From Escherichia coli (GTDB taxonomy: Bacteria; Pseudomonadota; Gammaproteobacteria; Enterobacterales; Enterobacteriaceae), in assembly GCF_044647545.1 (NCBI RefSeq), contig NZ_CP172818.1: a stretch of DNA of 64,000 nt; one strand, written 5' to 3'. The notes beneath the pieces are model-generated. The model searched no databases and had not been told where the DNA came from. It saw only the letters and a program-made list of their open reading frames with translations. The translations under genes and the position numbers were made by a program. Every line of letters starts with the position of its first letter. Within the stretch, counting starts at the first letter, position 1. Positions 21,170 through 34,583 of this stretch are shown piece after piece.

Positions 21170-21461
21170 TGGCAAAGGCATATGCTAAAAACCATTGTTA
21201 TTAGTCTCACACTTTTTTATTGGTAAATATTGTCTCTGTATTGGAAACGCCGCAGATATTCTGTTTAGCCACAGGTGCAATTATCAGCGGCGTACGCGAG
21301 GCAGGGGCTAATCAGGCATAGTTTGCGTCAAACCTTGCCTGTTTTTGAAGATGTATATAGAAAAACAGGCGTTCAACAAGCCATTTTGCGAACCTGTTCC
21401 CGGAAAAAAGTCATATTTCTGTCACACTCTTTAGTGATTGATAACAAAAGAGGTGCCAGGA

Positions 21462-22703
21462 ATGAACAAAACGCTAATCGCCGCAACTGTGGCAGGGATA
21501 GTTTTACTCGCTTCAAATGCTCAGGCACAAACCGTACCGGAAGGCTATCAGCTACAGCAAGTGCTCATGATGAGCCGCCATAACTTACGTGCGCCGCTGG
21601 CGAACAATGGCAGTGTGCTGGAGCAGTCGACGCCGAATAAATGGCCAGAATGGGACGTCCCCGGTGGGCAACTCACCACCAAAGGTGGCGTGCTCGAAGT
21701 GTATATGGGCCATTACATGCGTGAATGGCTGGCAGAACAGGGGATGGTGAAATCGGGGGAATGCCCGCCGCCGGACACCGTTTATGCCTATGCCAATAGT
21801 CTGCAACGTACCGTTGCGACTGCACAGTTCTTTATTACCGGCGCATTCCCGGGGTGTGATATTCCTGTGCATCACCAGGAAAAAATGGGCACTATGGACC
21901 CAACCTTTAATCCGGTGATCACCGATGATTCCGCCGCATTCAGTGAACAGGCGGTGGCGGCAATGGAGAAAGAGCTCAGCAAACTCCAGCTTACCGACAG
22001 CTACCAGCTACTGGAAAAAATCGTTAACTATAAAGATTCCCCTGCCTGTAAAGAGAAACAACAGTGTTCGCTGGTGGATGGCAAAAATACCTTTAGCGCG
22101 AAGTATCAACAAGAACCAGGTGTTTCCGGGCCGCTGAAAGTCGGCAACTCGCTGGTAGATGCGTTTACTTTGCAATACTACGAAGGTTTTCCGATGGATC
22201 AGGTGGCCTGGGGAGAAATCAAATCTGACCAGCAGTGGAAGGTGTTGTCGAAGCTGAAAAACGGTTACCAGGACAGCCTGTTTACCTCACCGGAAGTGGC
22301 GCGCAATGTTGCGAAACCGCTGGTCAGTTATATCGACAAAGCCCTGGTCACCGATCGCACCAGCGCTCCGAAAATCACGGTGTTAGTTGGGCATGACTCC
22401 AACATTGCCTCTCTGTTAACGGCGCTGGATTTCAAACCGTATCAGTTGCATGACCAGAACGAACGCACGCCGATTGGCGGCAAAATCGTTTTCCAGCGTT
22501 GGCATGACAGCAAAACCAATCGCGACCTGATGAAAATCGAGTATGTGTACCAGAGTGCAGAACAGTTACGTAATGCTGACGCGTTAACCCTTCAGGCACC
22601 TGCGCAGCGCGTGACGCTGGAATTAAGCGGTTGTCCGATAGATACCAACGGTTTCTGCCCAATGGATAAGTTTGATAGCGTGTTGAATGAAGCGGTGAAA
22701 TAA
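21462..22703 (+). CDS. agp: Periplasmic glucose-1-phosphatase
   Basis: 413 aa from [12 protein letters not shown]...; histidine acid phosphatase motif RHNLRAP. Confidence 0.92.
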   Translation: MNKTLIAATVAGIVLLASNAQAQTVPEGYQLQQVLMMSRHNLRAPLANNGSVLEQSTPNKWPEWDVPGGQLTTKGGVLEVYMGHYMREWLAEQGMVKSGECPPPDTVYAYANSLQRTVATAQFFITGAFPGCDIPVHHQEKMGTMDPTFNPVITDDSAAFSEQAVAAMEKELSKLQLTDSYQLLEKIVNYKDSPACKEKQQCSLVDGKNTFSAKYQQEPGVSGPLKVGNSLVDAFTLQYYEGFPMDQVAWGEIKSDQQWKVLSKLKNGYQDSLFTSPEVARNVAKPLVSYIDKALVTDRTSAPKITVLVGHDSNIASLLTALDFKPYQLHDQNERTPIGGKIVFQRWHDSKTNRDLMKIEYVYQSAEQLRNADALTLQAPAQRVTLELSGCPIDTNGFCPMDKFDSVLNEAVK

Positions 22704-22709
22704 CAGAAA

Positions 22710-22732
22710 ACTCCCCCGTTCGCTACGGGGGA
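22710..22732. terminator. Bidirectional hairpin terminator between agp and yccJ
   Basis: ctcccccgt-tcgct-acgggggag perfect stem. Confidence 0.7.
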
Positions 22733-22740
22733 GTCGCTGG

Positions 22741-22968
22741 TTAAACGTTTTTACGTTCGATGGTCTGTTCGCCCCAAAAAAGCGAATCTTTGTCGGTCTT
22801 AGCAAAGGCTTTGACTAACACTTCATCGCTACCTTCTTCCCAAATCTTTTCCGCCATTTTTTCGTCGTACCCGGCGACTTCGAAAATGGCCTCGGCTATT
22901 TCCGGCGACGTATTGCGCAGAGATGCCCATTCACCGACGTGATGAGCTTTCGCTTCTTGAGTTGGCAT
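22741..22968 (-). CDS. yccJ: Uncharacterised protein YccJ
   Basis: 75-aa [40 protein letters not shown]... Confidence 0.85.
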
Positions 22969-22988
22969 GCGTATCCTCCTGTTGAAGA

Positions 22989-23603
<615 letters not shown>

Positions 23604-23957
23604 TTATCTCTATTCCGTAGCGATTCGCTACCACTTATTTAAAGATAAGACGTCCTTTTCAGAGTGCAAATTTCACAACCACTTATTTGATTTATAACAA
23701 CTTTCACAAGCACGTAATTTTGTCGCAAAATGACACATTTTTATCTCATCGCGTTTTTTTAATCATAAGAGCGGCTTATGGATAATTATTGGAGATGATA
23801 TCTATTCTCGCTAAGAAGCTGTTGCAGGATATTACCAAACGCGGGTCTGCCCACGTCAGTTCACTAAGCTTAGTCCCACGTAGCGAAAATATGGCAGCCG
23901 CCATACGCCGCGTTAATTCTATGCAATATGATGTCTATACCCAGACGGAGGTCAGTA

Positions 23958-24131
23958 ATGGCAAACCATCGAGGCGGTTCCGGCAATTTTGCAGAAGACC
24001 GCGAAAGAGCATCAGAAGCAGGTAAAAAAGGTGGACAGCACAGCGGGGGTAATTTCAAGAATGACCCGCAGCGCGCATCTGAAGCAGGTAAAAAAGGTGG
24101 CAAGAGCAGTCACGGCAAAAGCGACAACTAG
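23958..24131 (+). CDS. ymdF: Stress-induced KGG-repeat protein YmdF
   Basis: 57 aa from MANHRGGSGNF...; duplicated RASEAGKKGG unit. Confidence 0.8.
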   Translation: MANHRGGSGNFAEDRERASEAGKKGGQHSGGNFKNDPQRASEAGKKGGKSSHGKSDN

Positions 24132-24211
24132 CCGGGCTAATCAATGACGAATGCATTTTTTTCTTAAGCTCGTCAAAAAGCCCACCGCCGGTAACCCCGG
24201 CGGTTTTCTGT

Positions 24212-25540
24212 TTATGGCTCCTGATGAATAACTTCTGGCGGTGGAACGTCAACCAACCTTCTGCTTAATAACGCATTGAGTAAAATCGCGCCAAAGGTTG
24301 CTGTACCGATCCCTCCCAACGTAAAACCGCCCAGCGTGAGAGCAAAATCACCCGCGCCCAGCACTAAGGTTACTGCGACCATAATCAAATTACCGTTCTG
24401 GCTTAAATCGACACGGTTTTGTACCCAGATCCTTGCGCCTGCGACGGCAATCAGCCCGAACACAACAATTGATGCACCACCAATCACCGCGGCCGGAATG
24501 GTATGGATCAGCGCGCCAAATTTCGGCGAAAAGCCCAACAGCATGGCGATGACGGCAGCAGCAACAAACACCAGCGTCGAGTAGACTTTGGTCACGGCCA
24601 TCACACCGATATTTTCAGCATAGGTGGTGACGCCGCTACCGCCGACAGAGCCGGAAAGCATCGTTGCCAGACCATCACCGACGAATGCCCGTCCCATATA
24701 CGGATCCATATTGCGTCCGGTCATCCCGGCGACCGCCTTGAGATGGCCTAAGTTTTCCGCCACCAGAATCACCGCCACGGGCGCAATCAGCATCATTGCC
24801 TGACCATTAAAAGCAGGAGTGGAAAAATGTGGCAAACCGAACCAGGCAGCATGGCTGACGAGAGTAAAATCGACGGCTTTTCCCAGCCCTAAAACGTTGG
24901 TCATCACGCCATACAGCAGACAGGCGACAATTAATCCTACGAGAATCAATAACCGCTGGATCATGCCACGGGTAAATACCGCTACCAGCCCAATACACAG
25001 CACCGTCATTACCGCCATCCAGCTATCAAAGGCCGAAGCCGATACACTTTTCACTGCGATAGGCGCTAAGTTCAGGCCAATCGCCATCACCACCGCACCC
25101 GTCACCACCGGCGGCATTAGCCGTTCAATCCAGCGCGTACCGATTTTCATCACCACCAGGCCAATGACGGTATAAACCAGCCCACAGGCGATAATCCCGC
25201 CCAGCGCGATGCTGATATTCGGGTTAATGCCCTGACCGTTAAAGCCCGTCGCGGCAATCACCACGCCGACAAAAGCCGCGCTGGAGCCGAGATAACTGGG
25301 GACGCGCCCGCCGGTAATAAAGAAAAACAGTAACGTGCCGATCCCCGACATCAAAATGGAAAGATTGGGATCCAGCCCCATCAGAATAGGCATTAACACC
25401 GTCGCGCCAAACATCGCCACCGCGTGTTGAACGCCCATTACTGCCGTCTGAGCAAACGGCAATCGTTCATCCGGCGCGACCACGCCGCTCTCTGTAGAGG
25501 TCGATTTTAACTGCCAGTGAGGAAAACCGAACATTGCCAT
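24212..25540 (-). CDS. rutG: Pyrimidine permease RutG (NCS2 family)
   Basis: 442 aa from MAMFGFPHWQLK...; polytopic membrane protein, first gene downstream in the rut cluster. Confidence 0.9.
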   Translation of the reverse strand: MAMFGFPHWQLKSTSTESGVVAPDERLPFAQTAVMGVQHAVAMFGATVLMPILMGLDPNLSILMSGIGTLLFFFITGGRVPSYLGSSAAFVGVVIAATGFNGQGINPNISIALGGIIACGLVYTVIGLVVMKIGTRWIERLMPPVVTGAVVMAIGLNLAPIAVKSVSASAFDSWMAVMTVLCIGLVAVFTRGMIQRLLILVGLIVACLLYGVMTNVLGLGKAVDFTLVSHAAWFGLPHFSTPAFNGQAMMLIAPVAVILVAENLGHLKAVAGMTGRNMDPYMGRAFVGDGLATMLSGSVGGSGVTTYAENIGVMAVTKVYSTLVFVAAAVIAMLLGFSPKFGALIHTIPAAVIGGASIVVFGLIAVAGARIWVQNRVDLSQNGNLIMVAVTLVLGAGDFALTLGGFTLGGIGTATFGAILLNALLSRRLVDVPPPEVIHQEP

Positions 25541-25560
25541 CAGCTGTCTCCTTAAGGAGG

Positions 25561-26055
25561 TTAACAAGCAGGGCGCATCAGCGCGTGATAACTGCGATCA
25601 AACCACACCAGCCCGTAGGGGGTGGCGTGACGATGAATCGCTTCGATGGCGCAAAACAGAATGTCGTGGGTGCCGACGCTCACCACCTGGCTGATACGGC
25701 AGTCAAACGAAACCAGTGCTTCTTCCAGTTGCGGGCATCCGGTCACACCAGTCTGCCAGCGGGCGGCGGCAAAGCGGTGTTCCATGGGCGTTTTGCCGCC
25801 AAAAAGGTTTGAAAGCAGCTCCTGCCCGGCGCTAAGTGTATTTACACACAGCGTTCGATTTTCATTGAATACCGACCAGACGGACGCCCCACGATTCAGG
25901 CACACCAGTAATGTGGGCGGCGTATCGGTCACGCTGCAGACGGCGCTGGCGGTGAACCCGGCGCGCCCGGCTGGACCGTCCGTGGTGATGATATTGACCG
26001 CCGCGCCCATGCAGGACATCGCATCGCGAAAAGTTTGTTGATCGACAATGTTCAT
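25561..26055 (-). CDS. rutF: FMN reductase RutF
   Basis: 164 aa from [14 protein letters not shown]... Confidence 0.88.
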   Translation of the reverse strand: MNIVDQQTFRDAMSCMGAAVNIITTDGPAGRAGFTASAVCSVTDTPPTLLVCLNRGASVWSVFNENRTLCVNTLSAGQELLSNLFGGKTPMEHRFAAARWQTGVTGCPQLEEALVSFDCRISQVVSVGTHDILFCAIEAIHRHATPYGLVWFDRSYHALMRPAC

Positions 26056-26065
26056 AGTTTGCTCC

Positions 26066-26656
26066 TTACAACAGCCCGCAGGCTTCTTCAAAGGACAGAC
26101 GTGGCAGGCGCGCAAAAAGTTTGCTGGAATCGCCATAGCCGATATTAATCAGCAGATTGCTCTTCAGCGTGCTGCCCGCAAAAAAGGCGTCGTCAACGTA
26201 TTGACGGTCAAAGCCCGACATCGGGCCGGTATCCAGCCCGAGCGCACGGCAGGCGACGATCAGATAGGCCGCCTGCATGGAACTGTTGCGAAACGCTGTT
26301 TCTTCGGCAAGTTGTGGGCTGGAGGTAAACCAACTGCGGGCATCGCCGTGAGGAAACAGCTGTGGTAACCGTTCATAAAATTCACTGTCCCAGGCGACGA
26401 TAGCGGTGACGGGCGCGGTCAGGGTTTTTTGCAGATTGCCGCTGGAAAGCGCCGGGCGCAGACGTTCTTTTCCTTCTGGAGTGCGGATAAACACGATCCG
26501 TGCCGGAGAACAGTTAGCTGATGTCGGCCCCCATTTCATCAGGGCATAAATCTCCCGTAACGTCTCATCGCTGACGGGTGTCTCCCGCCAGCCGTTGTGA
26601 GTGCGGGCATCGGTGAACAGGGTGCTAAGCGCACCTGGGCTAACGGCTTCGTTCAT
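26066..26656 (-). CDS. rutE: Malonic semialdehyde reductase RutE (nitroreductase family)
   Basis: 196-aa ORF. Confidence 0.9.
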   Translation of the reverse strand: MNEAVSPGALSTLFTDARTHNGWRETPVSDETLREIYALMKWGPTSANCSPARIVFIRTPEGKERLRPALSSGNLQKTLTAPVTAIVAWDSEFYERLPQLFPHGDARSWFTSSPQLAEETAFRNSSMQAAYLIVACRALGLDTGPMSGFDRQYVDDAFFAGSTLKSNLLINIGYGDSSKLFARLPRLSFEEACGLL

Positions 26657-26665
26657 AGCAATTCC

Positions 26666-27466
26666 TTACAGGGCGGCTTCACGGTGATGTAACAGGCTGG
26701 CAAGCCCGTTGAGTAACAGAGCATTAAACGTTTCGGGATCGGTCACGTTGCAGGCGTGTCCGCCATAGCGCATCACCATTTTCTGGCTATCGGGCAGGGC
26801 GGCATGAAGTTCACTGGAACATGCTGTTGGCACCAGAAGATCATCACTGGCGCAGATGATTTGTACCGGGCAGCGGATACGATCCGCATGGTGACTAAAG
26901 TCAGCGCGTTTGAGGGCGTTAAGTCGACGCAGTAAATTATTTTTGCCCTGAAAATGCGCCAGTGCCAGCGCATCTTCTGCCTCAAGGCGAGGTGCGCGGG
27001 CCGCCATCCAGTCGGCGGGATAGAGGAACAATGGCTGAGCTGCCACCCATGCCTGCGCGCCGCCGCTATGTAGTAACTGTTCGCGAACCTGAAAACAGCG
27101 GCGCGTATGGGCGTTTATTCGTAGCCAGCCGTTAACGCTGACCAGCACAGTTACCGACGCGGGATAATCCAGCGCCAGCTGCATTCCCACCAGCGCACCG
27201 AGCGCATGGCCGACCACCGCGTAACGCTCAATCCCTGCGGCTACCAGCGCCTGATGCAGTTCCGCTGCCATCTGGGCGATACTGTAATCTTCTGCCAGCG
27301 TGTCGGGATTATTGCCGGTGCCGCGCTGGTCGTAACAGACTACCTGATACTCCTGCTCCAGCACCGCCAGTTGCGGTAACCAGTAACTGCCGCTACCGCC
27401 AAGACCCGAAATCAACACCACTACGGGCGCATCAGCATAAGGGGGAGGTGAGAGTGAAAGTTTCAT
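26666..27466 (-). CDS. rutD: Aminoacrylate hydrolase RutD (alpha/beta hydrolase)
   Basis: 266 aa from [26 protein letters not shown]... Confidence 0.88.
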   Translation of the reverse strand: MKLSLSPPPYADAPVVVLISGLGGSGSYWLPQLAVLEQEYQVVCYDQRGTGNNPDTLAEDYSIAQMAAELHQALVAAGIERYAVVGHALGALVGMQLALDYPASVTVLVSVNGWLRINAHTRRCFQVREQLLHSGGAQAWVAAQPLFLYPADWMAARAPRLEAEDALALAHFQGKNNLLRRLNALKRADFSHHADRIRCPVQIICASDDLLVPTACSSELHAALPDSQKMVMRYGGHACNVTDPETFNALLLNGLASLLHHREAAL

Positions 27467-27473
27467 CGCGACC

Positions 27474-27860
27474 TCACTTGGCGATATGCGCAATTGTGGC
27501 GATTTCCACCAGCGCGTCAGGTTTTACCAGTCCGCACTGAATGCAGAATCGCGCCGGTTTGTCACCCGGGAAAAACTCGGCGTAGATTTCGTTAATCGCG
27601 GCGTAATTTTTCCAGTCGGTAATAAAGATGCTGTTGAAGGTCACATCCGCCATCGAGCCACCCGCCGTCTCGATCACCTTGCGGATGTTTTCCAGAACGT
27701 GGCGGGTTTGCGCCTTTGGGTCATCGGCAAACAGCACGTTATTATGTTGATCAAAAGCCAGCGTACCGGAGACATACACCACGCCATCAGCCAGCGTGCC
27801 GGGAACGAAGGGGGCCAGCGGTGCGCTGCTGCCAGCGGGAATAATTACGGATTTTGGCAT
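27474..27860 (-). CDS. rutC: Aminoacrylate peracid reductase RutC (RidA/YjgF family)
   Basis: 128-aa ORF. Confidence 0.9.
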   Translation of the reverse strand: MPKSVIIPAGSSAPLAPFVPGTLADGVVYVSGTLAFDQHNNVLFADDPKAQTRHVLENIRKVIETAGGSMADVTFNSIFITDWKNYAAINEIYAEFFPGDKPARFCIQCGLVKPDALVEIATIAHIAK

Positions 27861-27871
27861 CGTTAAACTCC

Positions 27872-29712
<1,841 letters not shown>

Positions 29713-29740
29713 ATCCTTTTCAGCCGCGTAATGGCTTGTT

Positions 29741-29756
29741 TGCAAAGCGGATGCCA
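29741..29756 (-). promoter_or_regulatory. Sigma-54 promoter of rutA (TGGCAT-N5-TTGCA on minus strand)
   Basis: Reverse complement reads tggcatccgctttgca, matching the -24/-12 consensus TGGCAC-N5-TTGCW, about 30 nt upstream of the rutA start. Confidence 0.75.
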
Positions 29757-29820
29757 GTTTTTAAAAAGCGAATGTTATTAATGTGTTAATGTTTGGTTGT
29801 CTGAAATATCTGGAAAAAAG

Positions 29821-29836
29821 TGGACTAAACGGTCAA
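29821..29836. promoter_or_regulatory. RutR operator-like inverted repeat (tggactaaacggtcaa)
   Basis: Matches the TTGACCAnnTGGTCAA-type RutR box in the rutR-rutA intergenic region. Confidence 0.6.
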
Positions 29837-29942
29837 AACAGTTGCACATAAAACATGCATCCGTGCGCGATGAGAGTGCAGAAGGTCGAGGCCGGGCGGG
29901 GGTTTTGCTATCCTGTTGCCAATCTACAAGAGGGGAGAGCGC

Positions 29943-30581
29943 ATGACGCAAGGCGCAGTGAAAATAACGGGTAAACGTTCGCGCGCAGTAAGCGCGAAGA
30001 AAAAAGCGATTCTTAGCGCAGCACTGGACACTTTTTCACAATTCGGTTTTCACGGCACAAGGCTGGAGCAGATCGCAGAGTTGGCAGGCGTTTCAAAAAC
30101 CAATCTGCTGTATTACTTCCCGTCAAAAGAGGCGCTGTATATAGCCGTACTGCGGCAGATTCTCGATATCTGGCTGGCACCGTTAAAAGCGTTTCGTGAA
30201 GATTTCGCCCCGCTGGCGGCGATCAAAGAATACATCCGTCTGAAGCTGGAAGTTTCCCGCGATTATCCGCAGGCTTCGCGCCTGTTCTGTATGGAGATGC
30301 TGGCAGGCGCGCCGTTGTTAATGGATGAACTGACGGGCGATTTGAAGGCATTAATTGATGAGAAATCCGCGCTGATTGCCGGTTGGGTAAAAAGCGGCAA
30401 ACTCGCGCCGATTGACCCGCAGCATTTGATTTTTATGATTTGGGCTTCCACTCAACATTACGCCGATTTCGCCCCTCAGGTGGAGGCGGTGACAGGCGCG
30501 ACGTTGCGCGATGAGGTATTTTTCAATCAAACGGTTGAAAACGTGCAGCGGATTATTATTGAGGGGATTCGACCACGCTAA
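29943..30581 (+). CDS. rutR: TetR-family repressor RutR
   Basis: 212 aa from MTQGAVKITGKRSR...; N-terminal HTH. Confidence 0.9.
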   Translation: MTQGAVKITGKRSRAVSAKKKAILSAALDTFSQFGFHGTRLEQIAELAGVSKTNLLYYFPSKEALYIAVLRQILDIWLAPLKAFREDFAPLAAIKEYIRLKLEVSRDYPQASRLFCMEMLAGAPLLMDELTGDLKALIDEKSALIAGWVKSGKLAPIDPQHLIFMIWASTQHYADFAPQVEAVTGATLRDEVFFNQTVENVQRIIIEGIRPR

Positions 30582-30620
30582 TGATGCCGGAGGAGGTTGT
30601 AACATCCTCCGGCTACCTGT

Positions 30621-33600
30621 TTAACCGATCGTCATTAAACTAGCGTTACCGCCAGCGGCAGCGGTATTCACACTCAGCGAACGTTCGATATACAGCCGTT
30701 CCAGCAGGATATTGCTTTCGCCACGGGCAAAACCCTGCACCGAAACAATTGCGCCATCCCGCGCGGCAACGGCTTCACACAATGCGCGAAGCTGATCCGA
30801 ATCACCGTGGAAGATCACCGCATCAAAGGGTTGAGCGGTTATATTTTCCGCTTTCGCCAGTTGAATACGTTCGCTGACTGCGGATGGCAATGCCTTCACT
30901 AACTGATGATGCAGCGTGTCATCCGGCCACAGTACCTGGCTGCCCACCGCCAGCACGGCGGCGAGCTGAGTCAGCGCATCCTGTTCATCATCCGCGATAC
31001 ACAATACGCGCTCACGCGGCAGCAGCGTCCAGGTGTTGCGTTCACCCGTCGGCCCTGGCAGCAATCGTTGTGTTCCTGCCTGCGCCAGCTCGCCATATTG
31101 CGTACATAACGCCTGCAATTCTGGACGATTTGCTGCCCATTCCCGCAGTGCATTTAGCGGCTGAGTCAATGCGGCTTTCAACTGCGCATCGACCGGATAC
31201 TCTGCATCCTGACGCGCGAGCGTCACCGCCAGCGCACTTTCCGGGCGATTCGCCAGCAGACGGTAGAGATAGAGTGGACCGCCTGCTTTCGGCCCGGTGC
31301 CAGACAACCCTTCGCCGCCGAACGGCTGCACCCCAACCACTGCGCCCACCATATTACGGTTAACATACAGGTTACCAACATGCGCCGAGCCAGTGACCTG
31401 GGCGATGGTTTCATCAATGCGCGTATGGACGCCAAGCGTCAGACCATAACCGGAAGCGTTAATCTGCTCGATCAGCGCCGGCAGCTGGTTACGGTTATAA
31501 CGCACCACATGCAGCACCGGACCAAAGACCTCTTTTTGCAATTCGGCAAAATCATCCAGTTCGATCAGCGTCGGAGCGACAAAGGTGCCGCTTTGCCATT
31601 CACGGGTATCTTCGCTGTTTTCCCGCACCGCCTGGAACACCTGACGGCCTTTACTACGCATGGTCTGAATATGACGCTCGATATTGGCTTTCGCTTCGCT
31701 ATCAATCACCGGACCGATATCGGTGGTCAGGCGACCCGGATTACCCATCCGGCATTCGGCCATTGCGCCGCGCAGCATTTTCAGCGTGTGGTCGGCAATC
31801 TCATCTTGCAGGCACAGCACGCGCAGTGCCGAACAACGCTGACCTGCACTGTCGAACGCCGAGGCCAGCACATCTATTACGACTTGTTCGGTCAGTGCTG
31901 AAGAATCGACAATCATCGCGTTCATGCCGCCGGTTTCAGCGATGAGCGGAATAGGGCGACCCTGAGCGTCCAGGCGGCTGGCGATATTGCGCTGCAGTAA
32001 CGTAGCGACTTCGGTTGAACCGGTAAACATCACCCCGCGCACGCGATCATCACCCGTCAGCTGCGCGCCCACGGTTTCACCCCGACCGGGCAGCAATTGC
32101 ACCACGCCTGGCGGTACACCCGCTTCCAGCAAAATGGCGATCCCTTGCGCGGCAATCAGCGGCGTTTGTTCTGCCGGTTTTGCCAGCACGCTGTTACCTG
32201 CCGCCAGTGCGGCAGCGATCTGTCCGGTGAAAATCGCCAGCGGGAAGTTCCACGGACTGATACATACCACAGGCCCTAATGGACGGTGGGTTTCGTTAGC
32301 GAAATCATCCCGCACCTGTCCGGCATAGTAGTGGAGAAAATCGACCGCTTCGCGCACTTCGGCAATGGCGTTACTGAAGGTTTTTCCGGCTTCACGCACC
32401 AGAATACCAATCAGTTGCTGCATCTGGCTTTCCATTAGCACGGCAGCGCGATGCAAAATTGCCGCGCGTTCAGCCGGAGGAGTGGCAAACCAGATTGGCG
32501 CGTTATTAACCGCACTTTCCAGCGCCTGTTCTACTTCACGCGGCGTGGCTTCACGCACATAGCCCACAATATCTTTCGGTTCCGCAGGGTTAATAACGGG
32601 CGACATCTCACCTGCCGCTACCGGTTGTTCCAGCATTGGCAAGGACTGCCATTTTTGCAGTGCACTATTGAGCAGGGCTGAAGAGAGCGAGGCCAGACGG
32701 TGTTCGTTAGCGAGATCCAGCCCTGCCGAGTTGTCGCGCCCGTGACCGTAAAGATCGCGCGGCAGGGGAATTTTCGGATGCGGTAATCCAGTTTGCCCTT
32801 CCTGTTGCGCCAGTTTTTCTACAGCAGTGACTGGATCGGCGACCAGTTCATCCAGTGGCAAAGAGGTGTCGGCAATACGGTTAACAAACGAGGTGTTAGC
32901 ACCGTTTTCCAGCAGGCGGCGCACCAGATACGCCAGCAGCGTTTCATGTGTACCGACCGGAGCATAAATACGACACGGACGGTTAAGTTTGCCGTCGGCA
33001 ACTTTCCCGGTGACCTGCTCATACAGTGGTTCGCCCATACCATGCAGGCACTGGAACTCGTACTGACCCGGGTAGTAGTTTTGACCCGCCAGTTGATAAA
33101 TTGCCGCCAGCGTATGGGCGTTGTGCGTCGCGAACTGCGGGTAGATTAAATTCGGCACCGCCAGCAGTTTTTTCGCACAGGCAAGATAAGAAACGTCGGT
33201 ATACACCTTGCGGGTATAAACCGGATAACCTTCAAGGCCGTCCATCTGTGCACGCTTGATTTCACTATCCCAGTACGCGCCTTTCACCAGGCGAATCATC
33301 AGACGGCGACGGCTGCGGGTGGCGAGATCAATCAGGTAATCGATCACCAACGGGCAGCGTTTTTGATAAGCCTGAATAACAAAACCGATGCCGTTCCAGC
33401 CTGCCAGTTCCGGCTCGAAACAGAGTTTTTCCAGCAGATCGAGGGAGATCTCCAGACGATCGGCCTCTTCGGCATCGATGTTAATACCAATATCGTACTG
33501 ACGCGCCAGCAGGGTGAGTGATTTCAGACGTGGGTAAAGCTCTTCCATTACCCGGTCATACTGGGCGCGGCTGTAACGCGGATGCAGCGCCGACAGCTTG

Positions 33601-34583
33601 ATTGAAATGCCCGGACCTTCATAGATGCCACGACCATTGGACGCTTTACCAATGGCGTGAATCGCCTGCTGATAGGAAACCATATACGCTTGTGCATCTG
33701 CGGCAGTCAGTGCGGCTTCGCCCAGCATATCGTAAGAGTAACGGAAACCTTTCTCTTCCAGTTTGCGGGCATTGGCTAACGCTTCCGCGATGGTTTCGCC
33801 CGTGACGAACTGCTCGCCCATCAGGCGCATCGCCATATCCACACCTTTGCGGATCAGCGGTTCACCGCTCTTACCGATAATGCGGTTCAGCGAGCGGGAG
33901 AGGCTGGCTTCGTTATGGGTGGAAACCAGTTTGCCGGTAAACAGCAGCCCCCAGGTGGCGGCATTAACAAACAAAGACGGGCTACGACCAATGTGTGACT
34001 GCCAGTTACCGTTGCTGATTTTGTCGCGAATTAACGCGTCCCGGGTGGCTTTGTCGGGAATACGCAACAACGCTTCTGCCAGACACATCAGCGCCACGCC
34101 TTCCTGCGATGACAGCGAAAACTCCTGCAATAACCCCTGGACCATACCTGCGCGACCACTGGCATTTTTTTGATTACGCAGTTTATCGGCCAGTTGATAC
34201 GCCAGTTTATGCGCCTGTTCAGCAACTGGTTGCGGCAGGCGGGCTTGTTCCAGCAGCATCGAAACCGCTTCGGTTTCCGGGCGGCGATAGGCCGCGGTGA
34301 TCGCGGCGCGGGAAACCGACTGGGGCAAAATTTGCTCGGCAAAGTCGAGGAAAGGCTGGTGTGGTTCCTCTGCCGGAGTCGGTGCTTCATCGCTCTCATT
34401 GGCCGCGCCAGAAAGCAGCGCAGGTAGCTCCGGAAGAGTATCGCTGTTTTCCAGTTGTTCAAGATAAGAAAAAATCGCCTGCTTAATTAACCAGTGTGGC
34501 GTGCGATCGATACGTGTCGCGGCAGACTTAATACGCTCACGCGTCGCGTCGTCCAGCTTAACCCCCATGGTGGTGGTTCCCAT
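30621..34583 (-). CDS. putA: Bifunctional proline dehydrogenase / P5C dehydrogenase and repressor PutA
   Basis: 1320 aa from MGTTTMGVKLDDATRERIKSAATRIDRTPHWLIKQAIFSYL (ribbon-helix-helix N-terminus). Confidence 0.93.
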   Translation of the reverse strand: MGTTTMGVKLDDATRERIKSAATRIDRTPHWLIKQAIFSYLEQLENSDTLPELPALLSGAANESDEAPTPAEEPHQPFLDFAEQILPQSVSRAAITAAYRRPETEAVSMLLEQARLPQPVAEQAHKLAYQLADKLRNQKNASGRAGMVQGLLQEFSLSSQEGVALMCLAEALLRIPDKATRDALIRDKISNGNWQSHIGRSPSLFVNAATWGLLFTGKLVSTHNEASLSRSLNRIIGKSGEPLIRKGVDMAMRLMGEQFVTGETIAEALANARKLEEKGFRYSYDMLGEAALTAADAQAYMVSYQQAIHAIGKASNGRGIYEGPGISIKLSALHPRYSRAQYDRVMEELYPRLKSLTLLARQYDIGINIDAEEADRLEISLDLLEKLCFEPELAGWNGIGFVIQAYQKRCPLVIDYLIDLATRSRRRLMIRLVKGAYWDSEIKRAQMDGLEGYPVYTRKVYTDVSYLACAKKLLAVPNLIYPQFATHNAHTLAAIYQLAGQNYYPGQYEFQCLHGMGEPLYEQVTGKVADGKLNRPCRIYAPVGTHETLLAYLVRRLLENGANTSFVNRIADTSLPLDELVADPVTAVEKLAQQEGQTGLPHPKIPLPRDLYGHGRDNSAGLDLANEHRLASLSSALLNSALQKWQSLPMLEQPVAAGEMSPVINPAEPKDIVGYVREATPREVEQALESAVNNAPIWFATPPAERAAILHRAAVLMESQMQQLIGILVREAGKTFSNAIAEVREAVDFLHYYAGQVRDDFANETHRPLGPVVCISPWNFPLAIFTGQIAAALAAGNSVLAKPAEQTPLIAAQGIAILLEAGVPPGVVQLLPGRGETVGAQLTGDDRVRGVMFTGSTEVATLLQRNIASRLDAQGRPIPLIAETGGMNAMIVDSSALTEQVVIDVLASAFDSAGQRCSALRVLCLQDEIADHTLKMLRGAMAECRMGNPGRLTTDIGPVIDSEAKANIERHIQTMRSKGRQVFQAVRENSEDTREWQSGTFVAPTLIELDDFAELQKEVFGPVLHVVRYNRNQLPALIEQINASGYGLTLGVHTRIDETIAQVTGSAHVGNLYVNRNMVGAVVGVQPFGGEGLSGTGPKAGGPLYLYRLLANRPESALAVTLARQDAEYPVDAQLKAALTQPLNALREWAANRPELQALCTQYGELAQAGTQRLLPGPTGERNTWTLLPRERVLCIADDEQDALTQLAAVLAVGSQVLWPDDTLHHQLVKALPSAVSERIQLAKAENITAQPFDAVIFHGDSDQLRALCEAVAARDGAIVSVQGFARGESNILLERLYIERSLSVNTAAAGGNASLMTIG

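Noticed and set aside
19700-21400. AT-rich yccE block as a possible mobile element or toxin-antitoxin island
   Set aside because: Only one gene, with no flanking direct repeats, integrase or partner ORF visible; kept as an OTU-like orphan gene finding instead
23789-24025. 78-aa ORF upstream of and overlapping ymdF
   Set aside because: Different frame from the recognised YmdF protein; probably promoter or leader region
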